A stretch of DNA of 64,000 nt from an uncultured delta proteobacterium (GCA_963850305.1 CAWKKR010000008.1:928001-992000), one strand, 5' to 3'. Counted from the first letter of the stretch, positions 10,926 through 22,057 are shown. Made by a program: numbers and translations. Notes: a model not told the origin generated them from the sequence alone.

Positions 10926-12406
10926 CCGGGAACGCCGGTCTCGCTGGGGCGCGGGGCGCGGCGCCTTCGCCTGCGGCGCTTTCGCGCGGCCGTCGTCGCG
11001 CCCTCCGGTGAGAGCGCCGCCGGCGTGGCCGCGCCGATCTCGTCCTCCGTGCGGGCGGCATGGCAGAGCGCGAGCACTTCCGACGCGCTCGGATAGATCG
11101 CCGTCTTCGTGAAGCGGCTCGCGCGACCGGCTTCGAGCCGCGGCAGGACCGCCACTATCCGACGCATGGCGTCCGCCACGCGCCGCGGAACGGCAAGACG
11201 CTCCACGATGGGCTCCAGGAAGTCGAACGCGGCGGCAACTCGATCGCGCGCGCCGTCACAGGCTTCACGGAGGGGCTCCAGCAGGAGCAGAGTCCAGAGC
11301 ACCACGTCTTCGAGCGGCTCTCGACGCTGCCGTGTCGTGCGATCGATGGCGTCCAGCAGTCGCCACACCGTTCGATTTTCGAGCGATGCGTCGGCAAGGT
11401 ACGCGGAGAGCTCCGGCAGGAGCACGTCCAGGACTCCGGTCTCCCAGCAGAGCCAGAAGCTCCGGTGCGCAGCGCCCCCGCGCATCAGTCGAAGAATCTC
11501 CTCGAATATCCGCGGCCGCGCCGCACGCGCGAGTCCGTCACGACAGACGACGATTGCGTCGAAGACCTCGGGGGCAATCGCCAGATCGAGCCGCGCGCTG
11601 AACTTGATCGCGCGCAGAATCCGGACGGGGTCTTCGCGGAAACGGACGATGGGGTCCCCGATCGTACGCACGACGCGCTCCTCGATGTCGGGCATGCCGC
11701 CAACCCAGTCGAGCACGGCGCGGCGTTCGAAGTCGTAAAAGAGCGCGTTGATGGTGAAATCGCGCCGGTTCGCGTCTTCGTGCGCGTCTCCGAAGACGTT
11801 GTCGTTCCGTATCAGGAGGTCGTCAGCCTCGCGGTCCTCCTCGGGCGTGCGTCGAAACGTGGCTGTCTCGATCACTTTCCCGCCGCCGAAGAGGACGTGT
11901 ACGAGACGAAACCGCCGACCGATGATCCGCGAATTGCGGAAGAGGTGCCGCACGTCGTCGGGACGCGCGCTCGTCGCGACGTCGAAATCCTTCGGGGCGC
12001 GGTCGAGCAAGAGGTCGCGGACGCAACCACCGACGAGGTACGCCTCGAACTGGTGACGAACGAGTCTGCGAACGACCTTCTCGGCGTCAGGGTCGATGCG
12101 GCCGTCATCCAGGTCGAACGGGTACGCATACGGTTCGCCGAGGACGGGCTCCTCCTCTTCCGTCATCTCGACCTCCAGCTCCCGCACTTCGACCTCCAGC
12201 GCGGGGGCGTCCGCTGTCGAGGGGGCACCGGACGCGGACCTCCCGCGGGAGGGGCGTTCACTCTTGGCGCGACTGCGCGGACGCGCAGGGGTTCCACCTT
12301 GAGCCGCCCGCGTCGTCACGGGCTCCACGACGTCGACCTCCGAGTCGAAATCCGGGGCGTTCGCGGGGTGCGGAGGTCTAGGAGTGGGGGTCGTGGTCCT
12401 GCCCAT
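10922..12406 (-). CDS. pcnB: Poly(A) polymerase I
   Basis: LVGGCVRD, KDFDVAT, the PAP signature IIGRRFRLVHV, RRDFTINAL and an Arg-rich tail. Confidence 0.9.
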   Translation of the reverse strand: MGRTTTPTPRPPHPANAPDFDSEVDVVEPVTTRAAQGGTPARPRSRAKSERPSRGRSASGAPSTADAPALEVEVRELEVEMTEEEEPVLGEPYAYPFDLDDGRIDPDAEKVVRRLVRHQFEAYLVGGCVRDLLLDRAPKDFDVATSARPDDVRHLFRNSRIIGRRFRLVHVLFGGGKVIETATFRRTPEEDREADDLLIRNDNVFGDAHEDANRRDFTINALFYDFERRAVLDWVGGMPDIEERVVRTIGDPIVRFREDPVRILRAIKFSARLDLAIAPEVFDAIVVCRDGLARAARPRIFEEILRLMRGGAAHRSFWLCWETGVLDVLLPELSAYLADASLENRTVWRLLDAIDRTTRQRREPLEDVVLWTLLLLEPLREACDGARDRVAAAFDFLEPIVERLAVPRRVADAMRRIVAVLPRLEAGRASRFTKTAIYPSASEVLALCHAARTEDEIGAATPAALSPEGATTAARKRRRRRRRAPRPSETGVPG

Positions 12407-12623
12407 CTCGACGTGAGGCGTCGCACACGCGAGAGGCGGACGCCAGGGATTTGGCGCTCCTGTGCTATTTAGCAGGCCGGCGCCGAACCGCCAGGGCCCG
12501 GACCGGACTCCTCTTCCGACCGTCTTCCGACGAGGGGGTCTCTCGAGACCCACTATCCTCGGCCTCGCACCCGCCCACGGGCGTTTACAGGCGGGGCCGC
12601 GCAGGCCGAGCTTAACGAGCGAC

Positions 12624-14060
12624 ATGAGCATTCTAATTGTCTCGCCCGACGCGGACGCGGCGCGGTCGCTGCACTCGGCGCTGGGCCGCAGAGGGGAGCG
12701 AAGCCGGTGGCTCGAGAGCGCCGAGGCGGCCCTCGGCGACACGCCGCTGGTGCTGGTCGTCGATCGCGCCGCGCCGCGGTTCCGTCAGCTCATCGATGAC
12801 GTCGCGCGGCGCACCCCCTGGGCGCGCATTTACGAAATGGACGCGGCCGATGCGAGAGCCGAACCCGATCCGGGCGTATTGACGAAACCGTTCGACGCGG
12901 GGGAGCTGGCGACGCTCCTCGTCCGCGAGCACGAGCTCGCCGAGCTCGACCGGCGCCGCGCCGCGCTGGAGGCGGAGGCCGGAGAACTGGCGCTCTTGGT
13001 CGAGGCAAGCTTCGAGGCCATCATCGGACTCGGGAAGGATGGGTCGATTCGATCCTGGAACCGGGGCGCCGCGTCCATTTACGGTTATGCGGCCGCCGAG
13101 ATGCTCGGTCGTCCCCTGGATGTGCTCGAAGTTTCGGCAGGAGCCGCCACGGCGCGGTTCATCGAGGCCCCTGAGGCCCCAGTCGAAGCCGTGAGGCGCC
13201 GCAAGGACGGCGAGGAAGTCCTGGTCCTGCTGTCCCTGTCTCCCGTGACGAACGGGACGCGCTTCGCGTTCGCCGAAACGTCGCTGGACATCACGGTGCG
13301 ACGAAAACTCGAGCGCGAGCTCGAACACGAGAAACGACTCTCCGCGATCGGTCGCATCGCGGCGGGAATGGCGCACGAGATCAACAATCCCCTCGTCGTG
13401 GTGCGCGCGGCAAACACGTACGTCGCGGAAATTGCCCGCGACACCGGAGACGAGCTGCTCATCGAGACGGTGGAAGACGTGCGCCTGGCCGTGGACCGCA
13501 TCTCGAGCTTCGTGAACCACGTCTGCGGTTTCGCACGACGGGATCGACCGAATCTCAGTGACTCCTCGGTTCGCGAGACGATGCGCATGGCGCTCAGGCT
13601 CGCGAAACCGCGTGCCGCCGAGCAGCGGGTAGACGTCACGCTCGAGGCTGGCATCGACGTCCGCCTGGCACACGACGCCGCGCGCATCTCCCAGGCGCTC
13701 CTGAATCTCGTCGCAAACGGCATCGACGCCGCCTCTGAAGGGCAGCGCCACGTCGTGATTCGACTCCTCCTCGACGGCTCTTCGGCTCGGATCCAGGTGG
13801 ACGACGATGGGCCCGGCATTGCGGAGTCCGTGCGCGACCGAGCCTTCGACCCCTTCACCACGACCAAGCCCCCGGGTCGCGGAACTGGGTTGGGACTCGC
13901 GATCGCACGTCAGATCATCGACGAGCACGGCGGAGCAGTGGTCCTTTCTCCACGGCCGAGCGCTCGAGGTACCCGGGCGGAGATTATCCTGCCGCTGGTC
14001 ACGAAGGCACCGAGCATGCGACCCCGCAGGAGCTCGCGACCACCCCCGACCATCGACTGA
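12624..14060 (+). CDS. Sensor histidine kinase (degenerate receiver, PAS, HisKA/HATPase)
   Basis: SWNRGAASIYGY, AHEINNPL, NLVAN, DDGPG and GTGLGL motifs. Confidence 0.92.
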   Translation: MSILIVSPDADAARSLHSALGRRGERSRWLESAEAALGDTPLVLVVDRAAPRFRQLIDDVARRTPWARIYEMDAADARAEPDPGVLTKPFDAGELATLLVREHELAELDRRRAALEAEAGELALLVEASFEAIIGLGKDGSIRSWNRGAASIYGYAAAEMLGRPLDVLEVSAGAATARFIEAPEAPVEAVRRRKDGEEVLVLLSLSPVTNGTRFAFAETSLDITVRRKLERELEHEKRLSAIGRIAAGMAHEINNPLVVVRAANTYVAEIARDTGDELLIETVEDVRLAVDRISSFVNHVCGFARRDRPNLSDSSVRETMRMALRLAKPRAAEQRVDVTLEAGIDVRLAHDAARISQALLNLVANGIDAASEGQRHVVIRLLLDGSSARIQVDDDGPGIAESVRDRAFDPFTTTKPPGRGTGLGLAIARQIIDEHGGAVVLSPRPSARGTRAEIILPLVTKAPSMRPRRSSRPPPTID

Positions 14061-14073
14061 AGCTCAACGAGAC

Positions 14074-14571
14074 ATGCCGCCGGAGCCCCCGCCAGATTCG
14101 ATCGTCGTTCTCGGCTGTCGTGTGCGGGGCGATGGAGGTCTGCCGGACGCCGCGCGGCGTCGAGTAGACCGCGCCGCGCAGGCGTGGCTCGCATTGGGTC
14201 CGGTCCTCGTGATCGCGAGCGGAGGGCGGGTCTGGGACGGCAAATCCGAAGCGGACGCTTTCTCCGACGGGCTCGTCGATCTCGGGGTTCCCCGCGACCG
14301 GATCGTGCGGGAACTCTGCTCGCTCTCGACGCTCGAGAACGCGTTTTACACATCCGAGCTGCTGCGCGCGGCGGGTGCGCTTCGGCCGGGCGTCGTCACC
14401 TGCGAGTGGCACACGGACCGCGCCGTGGCGTGCTTCGAGCGCGCCGGGGTCCGCGCCGTGCCCCTCCCGGCGCGAGCTCCCGGAACAGGGCTGGTCCGCG
14501 CCGGACGGCAGTTCGCCGAGCAGACGCGCGCGCGCATCGATCTAGCCTTCGGCTGCTGGATATCACGGTGA
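14074..14571 (+). CDS. YdcF/DUF218 family protein
   Basis: IVVLG, IASGG, SEA, STLENA and VTCEWHTDRA motifs. Confidence 0.85.
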   Translation: MPPEPPPDSIVVLGCRVRGDGGLPDAARRRVDRAAQAWLALGPVLVIASGGRVWDGKSEADAFSDGLVDLGVPRDRIVRELCSLSTLENAFYTSELLRAAGALRPGVVTCEWHTDRAVACFERAGVRAVPLPARAPGTGLVRAGRQFAEQTRARIDLAFGCWISR

Positions 14572-16727
14572 AGACACTCCCCAGCCTCGTGGTCATCGTG
14601 GCAACGCTGGTGGCCACCACGGCGTGCCGTCGAGAGCCCGGCACGTCGAAGAAACCGCTCGCCTCGGGGTCGTCACCGCGTCCTGCGGCGAACGAGTCCG
14701 TTCTGCTCGCCATCCGACGAGCCGAGTACTCGAGAAACGCCGGCGCGCTGCCCGCCACGGCGCTCACCGATCACGACTCAATCGTCCGGCGTGCCGCGGC
14801 TCGCGCACTGTCGCGAATCGCGGACGCCGAGTCCCGGGTCCGACTCGAACAGAGCCTCGAAGACGAGGATGCCGAAGTCGTGGCGTGGTCGGCGTATGGC
14901 CTGGGCGAGACCTGTACGAACCGCGAACCCGAGACGGTGCGCAGGCTCGTCACTCGCGCGGCGTCGCTTGCCACGGACCCGGGTGACTCCGTGCCATCAC
15001 CTTGGTCGGCGATCGCAGATGCGCTCGCGCGCTGTGGCACCCCACTCGGGGAACGGACGCTGTCTGCGTGGCTGGATGGCCTGCCGCTCCGCGCCAACCA
15101 AGCGGCGCTCGCGCTATCGCGATTGGCGACGCGCCGTCACAATCTCGACGATCGAACGATCGTGGCGCTCCTCGATGCCGCCAGCAGCCCCACCCCGCTC
15201 CCCGCGGCTCTCGCCGCATTCAGCCAGATCGAAGCGCTCTCCGGCGCAGCCCAGAAGCGGCTCGTCGACGTCGCGGAACAGGCGGTTCGCGGGGGAGGCG
15301 CCGCGCGCCAGTTCGCGATTCGCGCGCTCGCTTCGGCGGGCACACTGGGGTTCGATGCGCTGGCGAGCTGGGTCGGTGACGAGGGACTTTCCGCGACGGA
15401 CCGCGCCGCGGCAGCGACTACGCTGGGGCGATTCGGCTCGGATGCGCAGGACGTGCTCGCTTCCGTTCTGGTCAAGCTTCTGCCTCCGGACAGCATCGAT
15501 GAACGGTGGGTCGACGCCCACTTCGCGCCGGTCGCCGCGACCCTGGAAGCGCTCGTCGCGGCCTCCAAGACCGACCGAGACGCACTCGCGCGGCTCGCGG
15601 ATCTGGCGATCCCCGCGGACGCGACGCCAGGGTTCCGTCGTCGCTTCGTCGCGATTCGTTGCGACGCGGCGGTCGCCCTTGCCGGCGCAGCGAGCCACTC
15701 GAAGCGCCTGCTCGCCTGCGACCCGGAAGAGCACGGACGGGCAGGCGGGCTCGCGATGGTGCGTGTGCTCGACCGCGGCGCTCTGTCCGGCGCGCGCCTG
15801 GAGGAATGGAAGCGTCTCGCGAGCACGGGCGATCCCGCGGTGCGCCGGGCAGCGCTCTCGCTGCTGCCTCGACACATCGAGGCGCCGAAGGTGACGGACA
15901 CCCTGGTGAACGCGCTCGGCGCCTCGGCGCCGGGCCTCGTGGCCGAGGCCGCTCACGTCATCGCGAACGCACCGCGGTTCGGTCGCGAAGGTCCGGGTTC
16001 GAACAGCGGGGACGTGGCGGAGGACAAAGTCGACGCGACCCCCATTCCCGAGATCGTCGATGCGCTCGCGCACGCGCTGGATGCGGTGCGGCCACCCGAT
16101 CAGATCGAGTCGCGAGTGGCGCTCTCGGAGGCCGCGGCGGCACTCGACGTGCTGAGCTTGAAGCCGCGCGTGGAGCGCTATTGCACGAGCGAAAACATCA
16201 CCCTGAGGCGCGCGGCCGGGTCCTCGTTACGCGCCCTCGGTACGCCAAATGCGTCGTGTCCGGCACCAGGGAACATCGCCTCGCCGAAGATCGTCCCGGC
16301 CGAGCGGAAGCCCGTGACCCTGACGTTCGTGACGGACGCCGGTCGATTCGGCGTGACGCTCGAGCGGACGCTCGCGCCCCTCGCGGTCGACCGCATCGTG
16401 GACCTCGCACGAGCGGGCTTCTACGATGGTGTGACGATCCATCGTGGGAGCCCCGGGTTCGTCGTCCAGCTCGGCGACCGCGTGGGGGATGGGTCCGGAG
16501 GAGCCGGACGACCGCCGTTGCCGAGCGAGACGTCACCCGTGGAGTTCGGGGCATTTGCCGTTGGGCTCGCGCTCGCAGGGCGCGACACCGGCTCCAGCCA
16601 GATCTTCATCACGATGGCGGAGGAGCCGGCCCTCTACGGGGATTTTCCACTGATCGGGCGCGCCGGCCCGGAAAGTGCGAACGTCGTACCCGGCGACGTC
16701 ATTCGGAGCGTCGACGTCCGGGAATAG
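14568..16727 (+). CDS. HEAT-repeat lipoprotein with a C-terminal cyclophilin-type PPIase
   Basis: Lipobox TTAC, VRRAAARAL-type repeats, GFYDGVTIHR...FVVQLGD and DTGSSQIFI. Confidence 0.85.
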   Translation: MKTLPSLVVIVATLVATTACRREPGTSKKPLASGSSPRPAANESVLLAIRRAEYSRNAGALPATALTDHDSIVRRAAARALSRIADAESRVRLEQSLEDEDAEVVAWSAYGLGETCTNREPETVRRLVTRAASLATDPGDSVPSPWSAIADALARCGTPLGERTLSAWLDGLPLRANQAALALSRLATRRHNLDDRTIVALLDAASSPTPLPAALAAFSQIEALSGAAQKRLVDVAEQAVRGGGAARQFAIRALASAGTLGFDALASWVGDEGLSATDRAAAATTLGRFGSDAQDVLASVLVKLLPPDSIDERWVDAHFAPVAATLEALVAASKTDRDALARLADLAIPADATPGFRRRFVAIRCDAAVALAGAASHSKRLLACDPEEHGRAGGLAMVRVLDRGALSGARLEEWKRLASTGDPAVRRAALSLLPRHIEAPKVTDTLVNALGASAPGLVAEAAHVIANAPRFGREGPGSNSGDVAEDKVDATPIPEIVDALAHALDAVRPPDQIESRVALSEAAAALDVLSLKPRVERYCTSENITLRRAAGSSLRALGTPNASCPAPGNIASPKIVPAERKPVTLTFVTDAGRFGVTLERTLAPLAVDRIVDLARAGFYDGVTIHRGSPGFVVQLGDRVGDGSGGAGRPPLPSETSPVEFGAFAVGLALAGRDTGSSQIFITMAEEPALYGDFPLIGRAGPESANVVPGDVIRSVDVRE

Positions 16728-16743
16728 CGGTACCCTTTCTCAC

Positions 16744-17511
16744 GTGCTCCTCGTAGTCGACGTCGGCAATACGAACATCGTTTTCGGGGTCTTCAACGGC
16801 GGACGATTGTCGCAGACGTTCCGCGCCGAGACCGCGCGATCGCGGACCGCGGACGAGTACGGCGTGCTCGTCGGACAGATGCTCGCGTTCCGCGGGTTCG
16901 ACGCCAAAGGGATCGCGGCGGCCATTCTCGCGAGCGTGGTACCGCCGCTCACGGACGTGATGGTGGAAGCAATCCGGCATGCGTGCGCGCGCGAGGCGGT
17001 CGTCGTGGGACCCGGCACGAAGACCGGGATCTCGGTGAAGTACGAGAACCCGCGCGACGTTGGCGCGGATCGCATCGTAAATGCCGTGGCGGCGTTCGAG
17101 CGATTCCGGTCGGGCGTAATCGTCGTGGATTTCGGAACCGCGACGACCTTCGATTGCGTCTCGCCGAAGGCCGAGTACCTGGGCGGCGTGATCGTCCCGG
17201 GCGTCCAGGTCAGCCTCGACGGTTTGCTGGCGCGTGCGGCAAAGCTGAGCCGCATCGAGATTGCCGCGCCGCCGAAGATCGTGGGACGCAACACGACGCA
17301 CGCATTGCAGAGCGGCATCGTTCATGGCTACGCGGCGCTGGTCGACGGCCTCGTGGGAAAGCTGGAACGCGAGCTCGAGTTTCCTTGCCACGTCATCGCG
17401 ACCGGCGGGCTCGCAGGGCTCATCGCGCCGCATACGGAGCGGCTCAAGACCGTGGACGAGCATTTGACGCTCGAGGGGCTCCGCATCCTCCACGAGCGTA
17501 ACTCGAGCTGA
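16744..17511 (+). CDS. coaX: Type III pantothenate kinase
   Basis: VDVGNTN, VGADR, VDFGTATT, GGVIVPG and ATGG motifs. Confidence 0.95.
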   Translation: MLLVVDVGNTNIVFGVFNGGRLSQTFRAETARSRTADEYGVLVGQMLAFRGFDAKGIAAAILASVVPPLTDVMVEAIRHACAREAVVVGPGTKTGISVKYENPRDVGADRIVNAVAAFERFRSGVIVVDFGTATTFDCVSPKAEYLGGVIVPGVQVSLDGLLARAAKLSRIEIAAPPKIVGRNTTHALQSGIVHGYAALVDGLVGKLERELEFPCHVIATGGLAGLIAPHTERLKTVDEHLTLEGLRILHERNSS

Positions 17512-17547
17512 GCTCGGGGGTGCGTGCCACGACGCGCGGCGAGGGAC

Positions 17548-18300
17548 TCACTTCTCGTAAACCTGCGCCGCAGCGAGACCCGAGCCATTCGCGACGGAAA
17601 GCACGACCTTGACCGGCGCGCTCATGGGGAGCGGCCACGCATAACAGTTGGGCTTGTGCCCGAGGACCGCCTGCGTCCCCGTGTCCGAGTCCTGCGCGAG
17701 GAGCGGCGGCATGCCCGGAATGGCAGTCGCGGCCTGGATCTCGAGGTTGACCTCCGAGACCGGCGGCAGCCCTGCTCCGACGATCGTGTAGCACTTGCCC
17801 GGCGAGAGCTGGAGCTGAGCTTCGAGGCTCTGACCCTGCTGAAAATTCCCGACCATGGGCGACCCGAGGGGCCGCGCTCCGGCCACGACCGCGCCAGTCG
17901 CGAGCTGGTCGAGAATGGCGACCGCCGCAGCCCCGGCGGACGGGTCGAGCTGTTGCGCCGCGCTGCCTGCCGGCGGCTCCGTCGTCGGAGACGGGCCTGG
18001 CGGCAGAGGTGGCAGTCCAGACGGCGATGGCAGAGGCGACTGCACCGAAGCGGAGGGCGGCGGTGCGCTCGGCGGAGGCAGCGCGCTCGGCGGCGCAGCC
18101 GCGGCTGAAACTGACGGCGAGGGTGCGGGCTGGGGAACGGAACTCGGCGGCGCCTGCTGCACTGGCTCACCCTCCGCGGGTTTCACCTGGACCTGTGCCG
18201 CGGCTGTCTCGGAATCCTGTCGGCTACCTCCGCAGGCGACGGATGCGCATGCGGCCAAGCCGACAAGTGCGCAGACCGTCTGTTTGAAACCAGCCGACAT
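17548..18300 (-). CDS. Pro-rich lipoprotein with a C-terminal beta domain
   Basis: Lipobox SVAC, Pro/Ser linker and PGKCYTIVG...AAAQVY. Confidence 0.7.
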   Translation of the reverse strand: MSAGFKQTVCALVGLAACASVACGGSRQDSETAAAQVQVKPAEGEPVQQAPPSSVPQPAPSPSVSAAAAPPSALPPPSAPPPSASVQSPLPSPSGLPPLPPGPSPTTEPPAGSAAQQLDPSAGAAAVAILDQLATGAVVAGARPLGSPMVGNFQQGQSLEAQLQLSPGKCYTIVGAGLPPVSEVNLEIQAATAIPGMPPLLAQDSDTGTQAVLGHKPNCYAWPLPMSAPVKVVLSVANGSGLAAAQVYEK

Positions 18301-18396
18301 CTCGCTGCCCGTGATCAATCCTGGAGTTTTCGAATCAGGTCCGCCGAAAGCCTACGACGCGCCGCACGTGGGGGTAAAGGTGAGACACGCCCGCGC

Positions 18397-19437
18397 TCAC
18401 GGAACTCGAAGGGGCGTTCGAAAAAGGGAAGCTCTCATCGCCCAGGCGGCGCCGGCAGTCGACACCGTGAAAAGAGCGATCCACTGGGACGTGGAAAGAG
18501 GTCCGAGGAATCCGCGCTCCGGATCGCCCCGCACCGTCTCGAGAAGGAAGCGCAGCACGCCGTAGCCAATCATGTACGCGAAGAAGACCTGCCCGCGAAA
18601 GGTGGCACGCGGGCGGAGCCAGAGCAGAGCTCCGAGAAGAAGCGCTGCGCAGACGGACTCGTAGAGTTCCGTCGGGTGGACGGGCCGCGACGCGACCGCG
18701 TCGAGAGGCAACCCGCGATAAAGCACTTGATCGATCCACGCGGGGGCACCGGCACCCGCACCGGCAACGCCGTCGGGCCAGCGCGGAAAGGTGCCGAGAC
18801 GGGCGAGCCACCGAGGCGCGGAGGCCGAGAGCGGCACGCCGTAGTCGCAGCCGGCGAGATAACAGCCGATCCGGCCGAGCACGGAGCCCAGCGCGAGGGT
18901 GGGTGCCGCGACGTCGGCAAAGGCAAGCCAGGGGACGCGGCGCTTGCTCACGTACGCGAGCGCGCCCAGGAAGCCGCCCAGCACGCCCCCATAAAAGACG
19001 AGGCCGCCACTTCGGAACGCAATAACGTCCGAAAGCGAATGAAACTCGCCCAGGTTGGTCAGAACGTAGAGCAATCGCGCCCCGAGGATGCCCGATACGG
19101 CCGCGGTGAAATACGCGCTCCCCATGACGTCGCGCGGCCATCCGTCGCGCTCGCCGAGAGCAAGCGTGAGGGTCCATCCTCCCACGAGAGCGCCACACAG
19201 GGCGGCACCGAACCCGTAAATCGGAATCGGCCCGAAGCCGAAGGTCGTAGAACCGGCGCGAAACGTTTCGTAAACGGCAGCCAAAGCGATGCCCGCGCCG
19301 AGGATCGCCAGGTCGAGGGCGGCCGCCCGACGCCCGAGCACGAAAACCACGAGGCCAAGCAGGATGAAGGCCCAGGCCGCGTGAGCGACGGAAACGACTC
19401 CCTGGGGAACCGGAATACGAAAGAGCACCGGGTGCAC
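18397..19437 (-). CDS. lgt: Prolipoprotein diacylglyceryl transferase
   Basis: HPVLF start, GARLLYV, GLVFYGG, GRIGC and HPTELYES motifs. Confidence 0.9.
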   Translation of the reverse strand: MHPVLFRIPVPQGVVSVAHAAWAFILLGLVVFVLGRRAAALDLAILGAGIALAAVYETFRAGSTTFGFGPIPIYGFGAALCGALVGGWTLTLALGERDGWPRDVMGSAYFTAAVSGILGARLLYVLTNLGEFHSLSDVIAFRSGGLVFYGGVLGGFLGALAYVSKRRVPWLAFADVAAPTLALGSVLGRIGCYLAGCDYGVPLSASAPRWLARLGTFPRWPDGVAGAGAGAPAWIDQVLYRGLPLDAVASRPVHPTELYESVCAALLLGALLWLRPRATFRGQVFFAYMIGYGVLRFLLETVRGDPERGFLGPLSTSQWIALFTVSTAGAAWAMRASLFRTPLRVP

Positions 19438-19525
19438 GCCGGACGAACGCCTACCCCTCTCTCGTGCCCACGTCGACCACGGTCGTACGGATGGCTCCGG
19501 CGCCGAAGGAGAAGCGCCCCGAGAG

Positions 19526-20332
19526 GTGCTAGCATGCGCGGTCGTGCGGCCCTGTGCGTGGCTCCTCTTGCTGTCGTTGCTCGCACCGGGTTGCGTCCCG
19601 GATGATCCCCCGAACCAGACACGACCCGGCGCGCCCGCGACCGCATTTCCGGGAGCGAGCTGGCGCCGCCCGCGGACGGTCCCGAGCGTCGTGCGGCCCG
19701 GGGTACCGAGGGCTTTGACCAGCGTGGACCTGAACGAACCGATGCTCGTCGCGCCCTTCGTGGACAGATTCGACCGGGCGGTCCTTGGCGCCGACTGGCG
19801 AGCGACCACGCCGGGTTGGCGCATCGAAAATGGCCGGGTCTGCGTCGAGCACGCGAAAAATCACCCTCTCTGGCTGCGGAAGCGGATCCCCGCCAACGCG
19901 CGGATCGAGTTCGACGCCGTGAGCTCGAGCGAGGATGGGGACATCAAGGCCGAGTACTGGGGCGACGGGTACAGTGCAGCCGACGCCGTGAGCTACCGCG
20001 ACGCGACGAGCTATCTGACGATCTTCGGCGGCTGGAAGAACAGCTTTCACGTGCTCGCTCGCATGGACGAGCACGCGCCAGGGCGCCCCGAGGTGCGCAT
20101 CGACGACGACTCCAACGACATCCGTGCTCGAAAGGTTCAGCCGAACCGGACGTATCATTTCCGTGTGACACGCGAAGACGGGCGGACCGTGCGCTGGCTC
20201 GTGGACGACGTGGAGATACTGACATACCCGGATCCCGAACCCCTGAGCGGCCGCGGCCACGACCATTTTGGCTTCAACGACTGGGACGTTCACGTGTGCT
20301 TCGACAACCTGACGGTCGCCCCCCTTCCGTAG
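19526..20332 (+). CDS. Lipoprotein with a ConA-like beta-sandwich
   Basis: Lipobox APGC, FVDRFDR...WRIENG and a FDNLTV terminus. Confidence 0.65.
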   Translation: MLACAVVRPCAWLLLLSLLAPGCVPDDPPNQTRPGAPATAFPGASWRRPRTVPSVVRPGVPRALTSVDLNEPMLVAPFVDRFDRAVLGADWRATTPGWRIENGRVCVEHAKNHPLWLRKRIPANARIEFDAVSSSEDGDIKAEYWGDGYSAADAVSYRDATSYLTIFGGWKNSFHVLARMDEHAPGRPEVRIDDDSNDIRARKVQPNRTYHFRVTREDGRTVRWLVDDVEILTYPDPEPLSGRGHDHFGFNDWDVHVCFDNLTVAPLP

Positions 20333-20348
20333 CCGAGAGACGACGGCA

Positions 20349-21497
20349 GTGCAGCCCGAGGAGATCGACATCGCACTCGACGAGCTCGAAAACCGGCTCG
20401 ACCGGTTGCGTTCGCTCTACGAGCAGTACTTCCTGGGCATCGAAAAGATCGAGCCCTCCGTCGCGCGCAAGGACGTCGATCGACGCTTCTGGATATTGCG
20501 CCGTGTACAGATCCGGAACACGGCGCGCCGGTTTCGGCTCCAGAACATCGTCCAGCGCTACAACACGTTTCAGCAATACTGGACCCGCATCTGCCGCGAG
20601 ATCGAGAACGGGACGTACGTCCGTCATCTCCTCAAGGCGCAGAAGAATCTCGGCGCTGAACCGCAAACCTGGGCGGCCAAGAAGCGTCTCGGGCTGTTCC
20701 GCCGAGGCGCGACGGACGCTGCGGGTCCCGAGGGCGCTGCCGCCAAGGCCGATGATTCCGATCTCGGGGGCTTGCTCGACTCGGGGGCGGACCTGGATCG
20801 CGAGGCGGAGCACGCCGCCGCGGACGCCGTTGCGAGCTTGGCTCGCATGGAGCAGCCGCGTCCGCCAGCGGGGCCGGCGCGAAGGATCGCGGACCTCGGC
20901 CTGCTCGATCTGGACTTCGACGATGGCCTCGTGGCGGGACCAGCGCCCGTCAAGGTGGCTCCGAAGCTTGCGCTGCCTCTCCCGGCGACGGCGCGCGGCG
21001 CCGCGAGCACGGCAGGCGCCGCAACCCCGAAGGCCGCTACGGGTCCGATCGCCGCGCAGTTTGCGGCTCAGCAAAGTTCCAACGGCGCGTTGATACGCCC
21101 TGCCGCGCCGGCCAACCCGCCAGCACCCCCGGAGCGTCCAGCAACGCCGGCCGCGCCCCAGGCGGCCCGGGCGGCCGTGCCCTTGGGAGATCTGCGCGAT
21201 GCCTGGAATCGACTCGAGCAGCAAGCACCCGGGCCCACCGCCGGCCCGAGAGGGCTCCACGTCGGCGGCGTCGCGGGCACCCAGCTCAGCGATGCCCGAC
21301 TCAAGGAGCTTCACGCCGAGCTCGTCGCGACCCGACGCAAGCTCAATCAGACGGACAACGTCTCGCTCGATTCACTCGCCAGGAGTCTGCGGGACACGGA
21401 GTCCAAGCTCCTGACCCAGCACCGCGGCCGGTCCGTGGACTTTCATGTTGTCGTCAAGGACGGAAAACCGGTCGTGAAGCCGGTCGTCCGCAAGTAG
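20349..21497 (+). CDS. MXAN_5187 C-terminal domain-like protein
   Basis: YEQYFLGIEKIEP N-terminus and VDFHVVVKDGK C-terminus. Confidence 0.75.
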   Translation: MQPEEIDIALDELENRLDRLRSLYEQYFLGIEKIEPSVARKDVDRRFWILRRVQIRNTARRFRLQNIVQRYNTFQQYWTRICREIENGTYVRHLLKAQKNLGAEPQTWAAKKRLGLFRRGATDAAGPEGAAAKADDSDLGGLLDSGADLDREAEHAAADAVASLARMEQPRPPAGPARRIADLGLLDLDFDDGLVAGPAPVKVAPKLALPLPATARGAASTAGAATPKAATGPIAAQFAAQQSSNGALIRPAAPANPPAPPERPATPAAPQAARAAVPLGDLRDAWNRLEQQAPGPTAGPRGLHVGGVAGTQLSDARLKELHAELVATRRKLNQTDNVSLDSLARSLRDTESKLLTQHRGRSVDFHVVVKDGKPVVKPVVRK

Positions 21498-21584
21498 GGC
21501 GCCAGCGCGCCGAAAACCACGTGTGCGGAGCGCGCCTGCGAGCCTATCGAACCTCGGACGCGGCCCGTCCTTGGGGCAGCCAAG

Positions 21585-21858
21585 CTAGGCGGTGGTTCGG
21601 GCGCCGCGCTCGGACGCGACCGGGTTCGCGCGCTGCTCCACGAGGACCTCGCCCTCGCAGAAGAGAATCGCGCACGAGCTTCGTTGCCCTTCGCGGAGGC
21701 GGCCGCAGAGGTCCGCCAGATCGGCGTCGGAATCCACCACGTCTCCCTCGACGGGCTGCATGCTGGACTCGTCGTAGCGACAATTGTCCAGGGCGACCCA
21801 CAGACCCTTGAACTCCCCGGATCGACAGAATCTGAGGCCAAGTGACCCGATTCGTCAT
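21585..21858 (-). CDS. Small conserved-looking hypothetical protein, with a +1 frameshift near 21830
   Basis: Removing one base gives a 90 aa ORF: MTNRVTWPQICRSGEFKGLWVALDNCRYDESSMQPVEGDVVDSDADLADLCGRLREGQRSSCAILFC... Confidence 0.6.
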
Positions 21859-22057
21859 ATCGTTGTCATTCCTTGGTCGCGGAGCACGTGCCTCGGTGGG
21901 AATTACCGGCATGCGAAAGGGGTTACTCCAAAGCGACCGACAGGGCCGATTTATGCGCGGCTGATTCGCCGCGTCAAGCGGCCGCTGTGTCGAACAAGGT
22001 ACGACATTCGCCTACCAGGCCGCGTCCAACCCTCCATTCAATCTCTAACCATTCGAT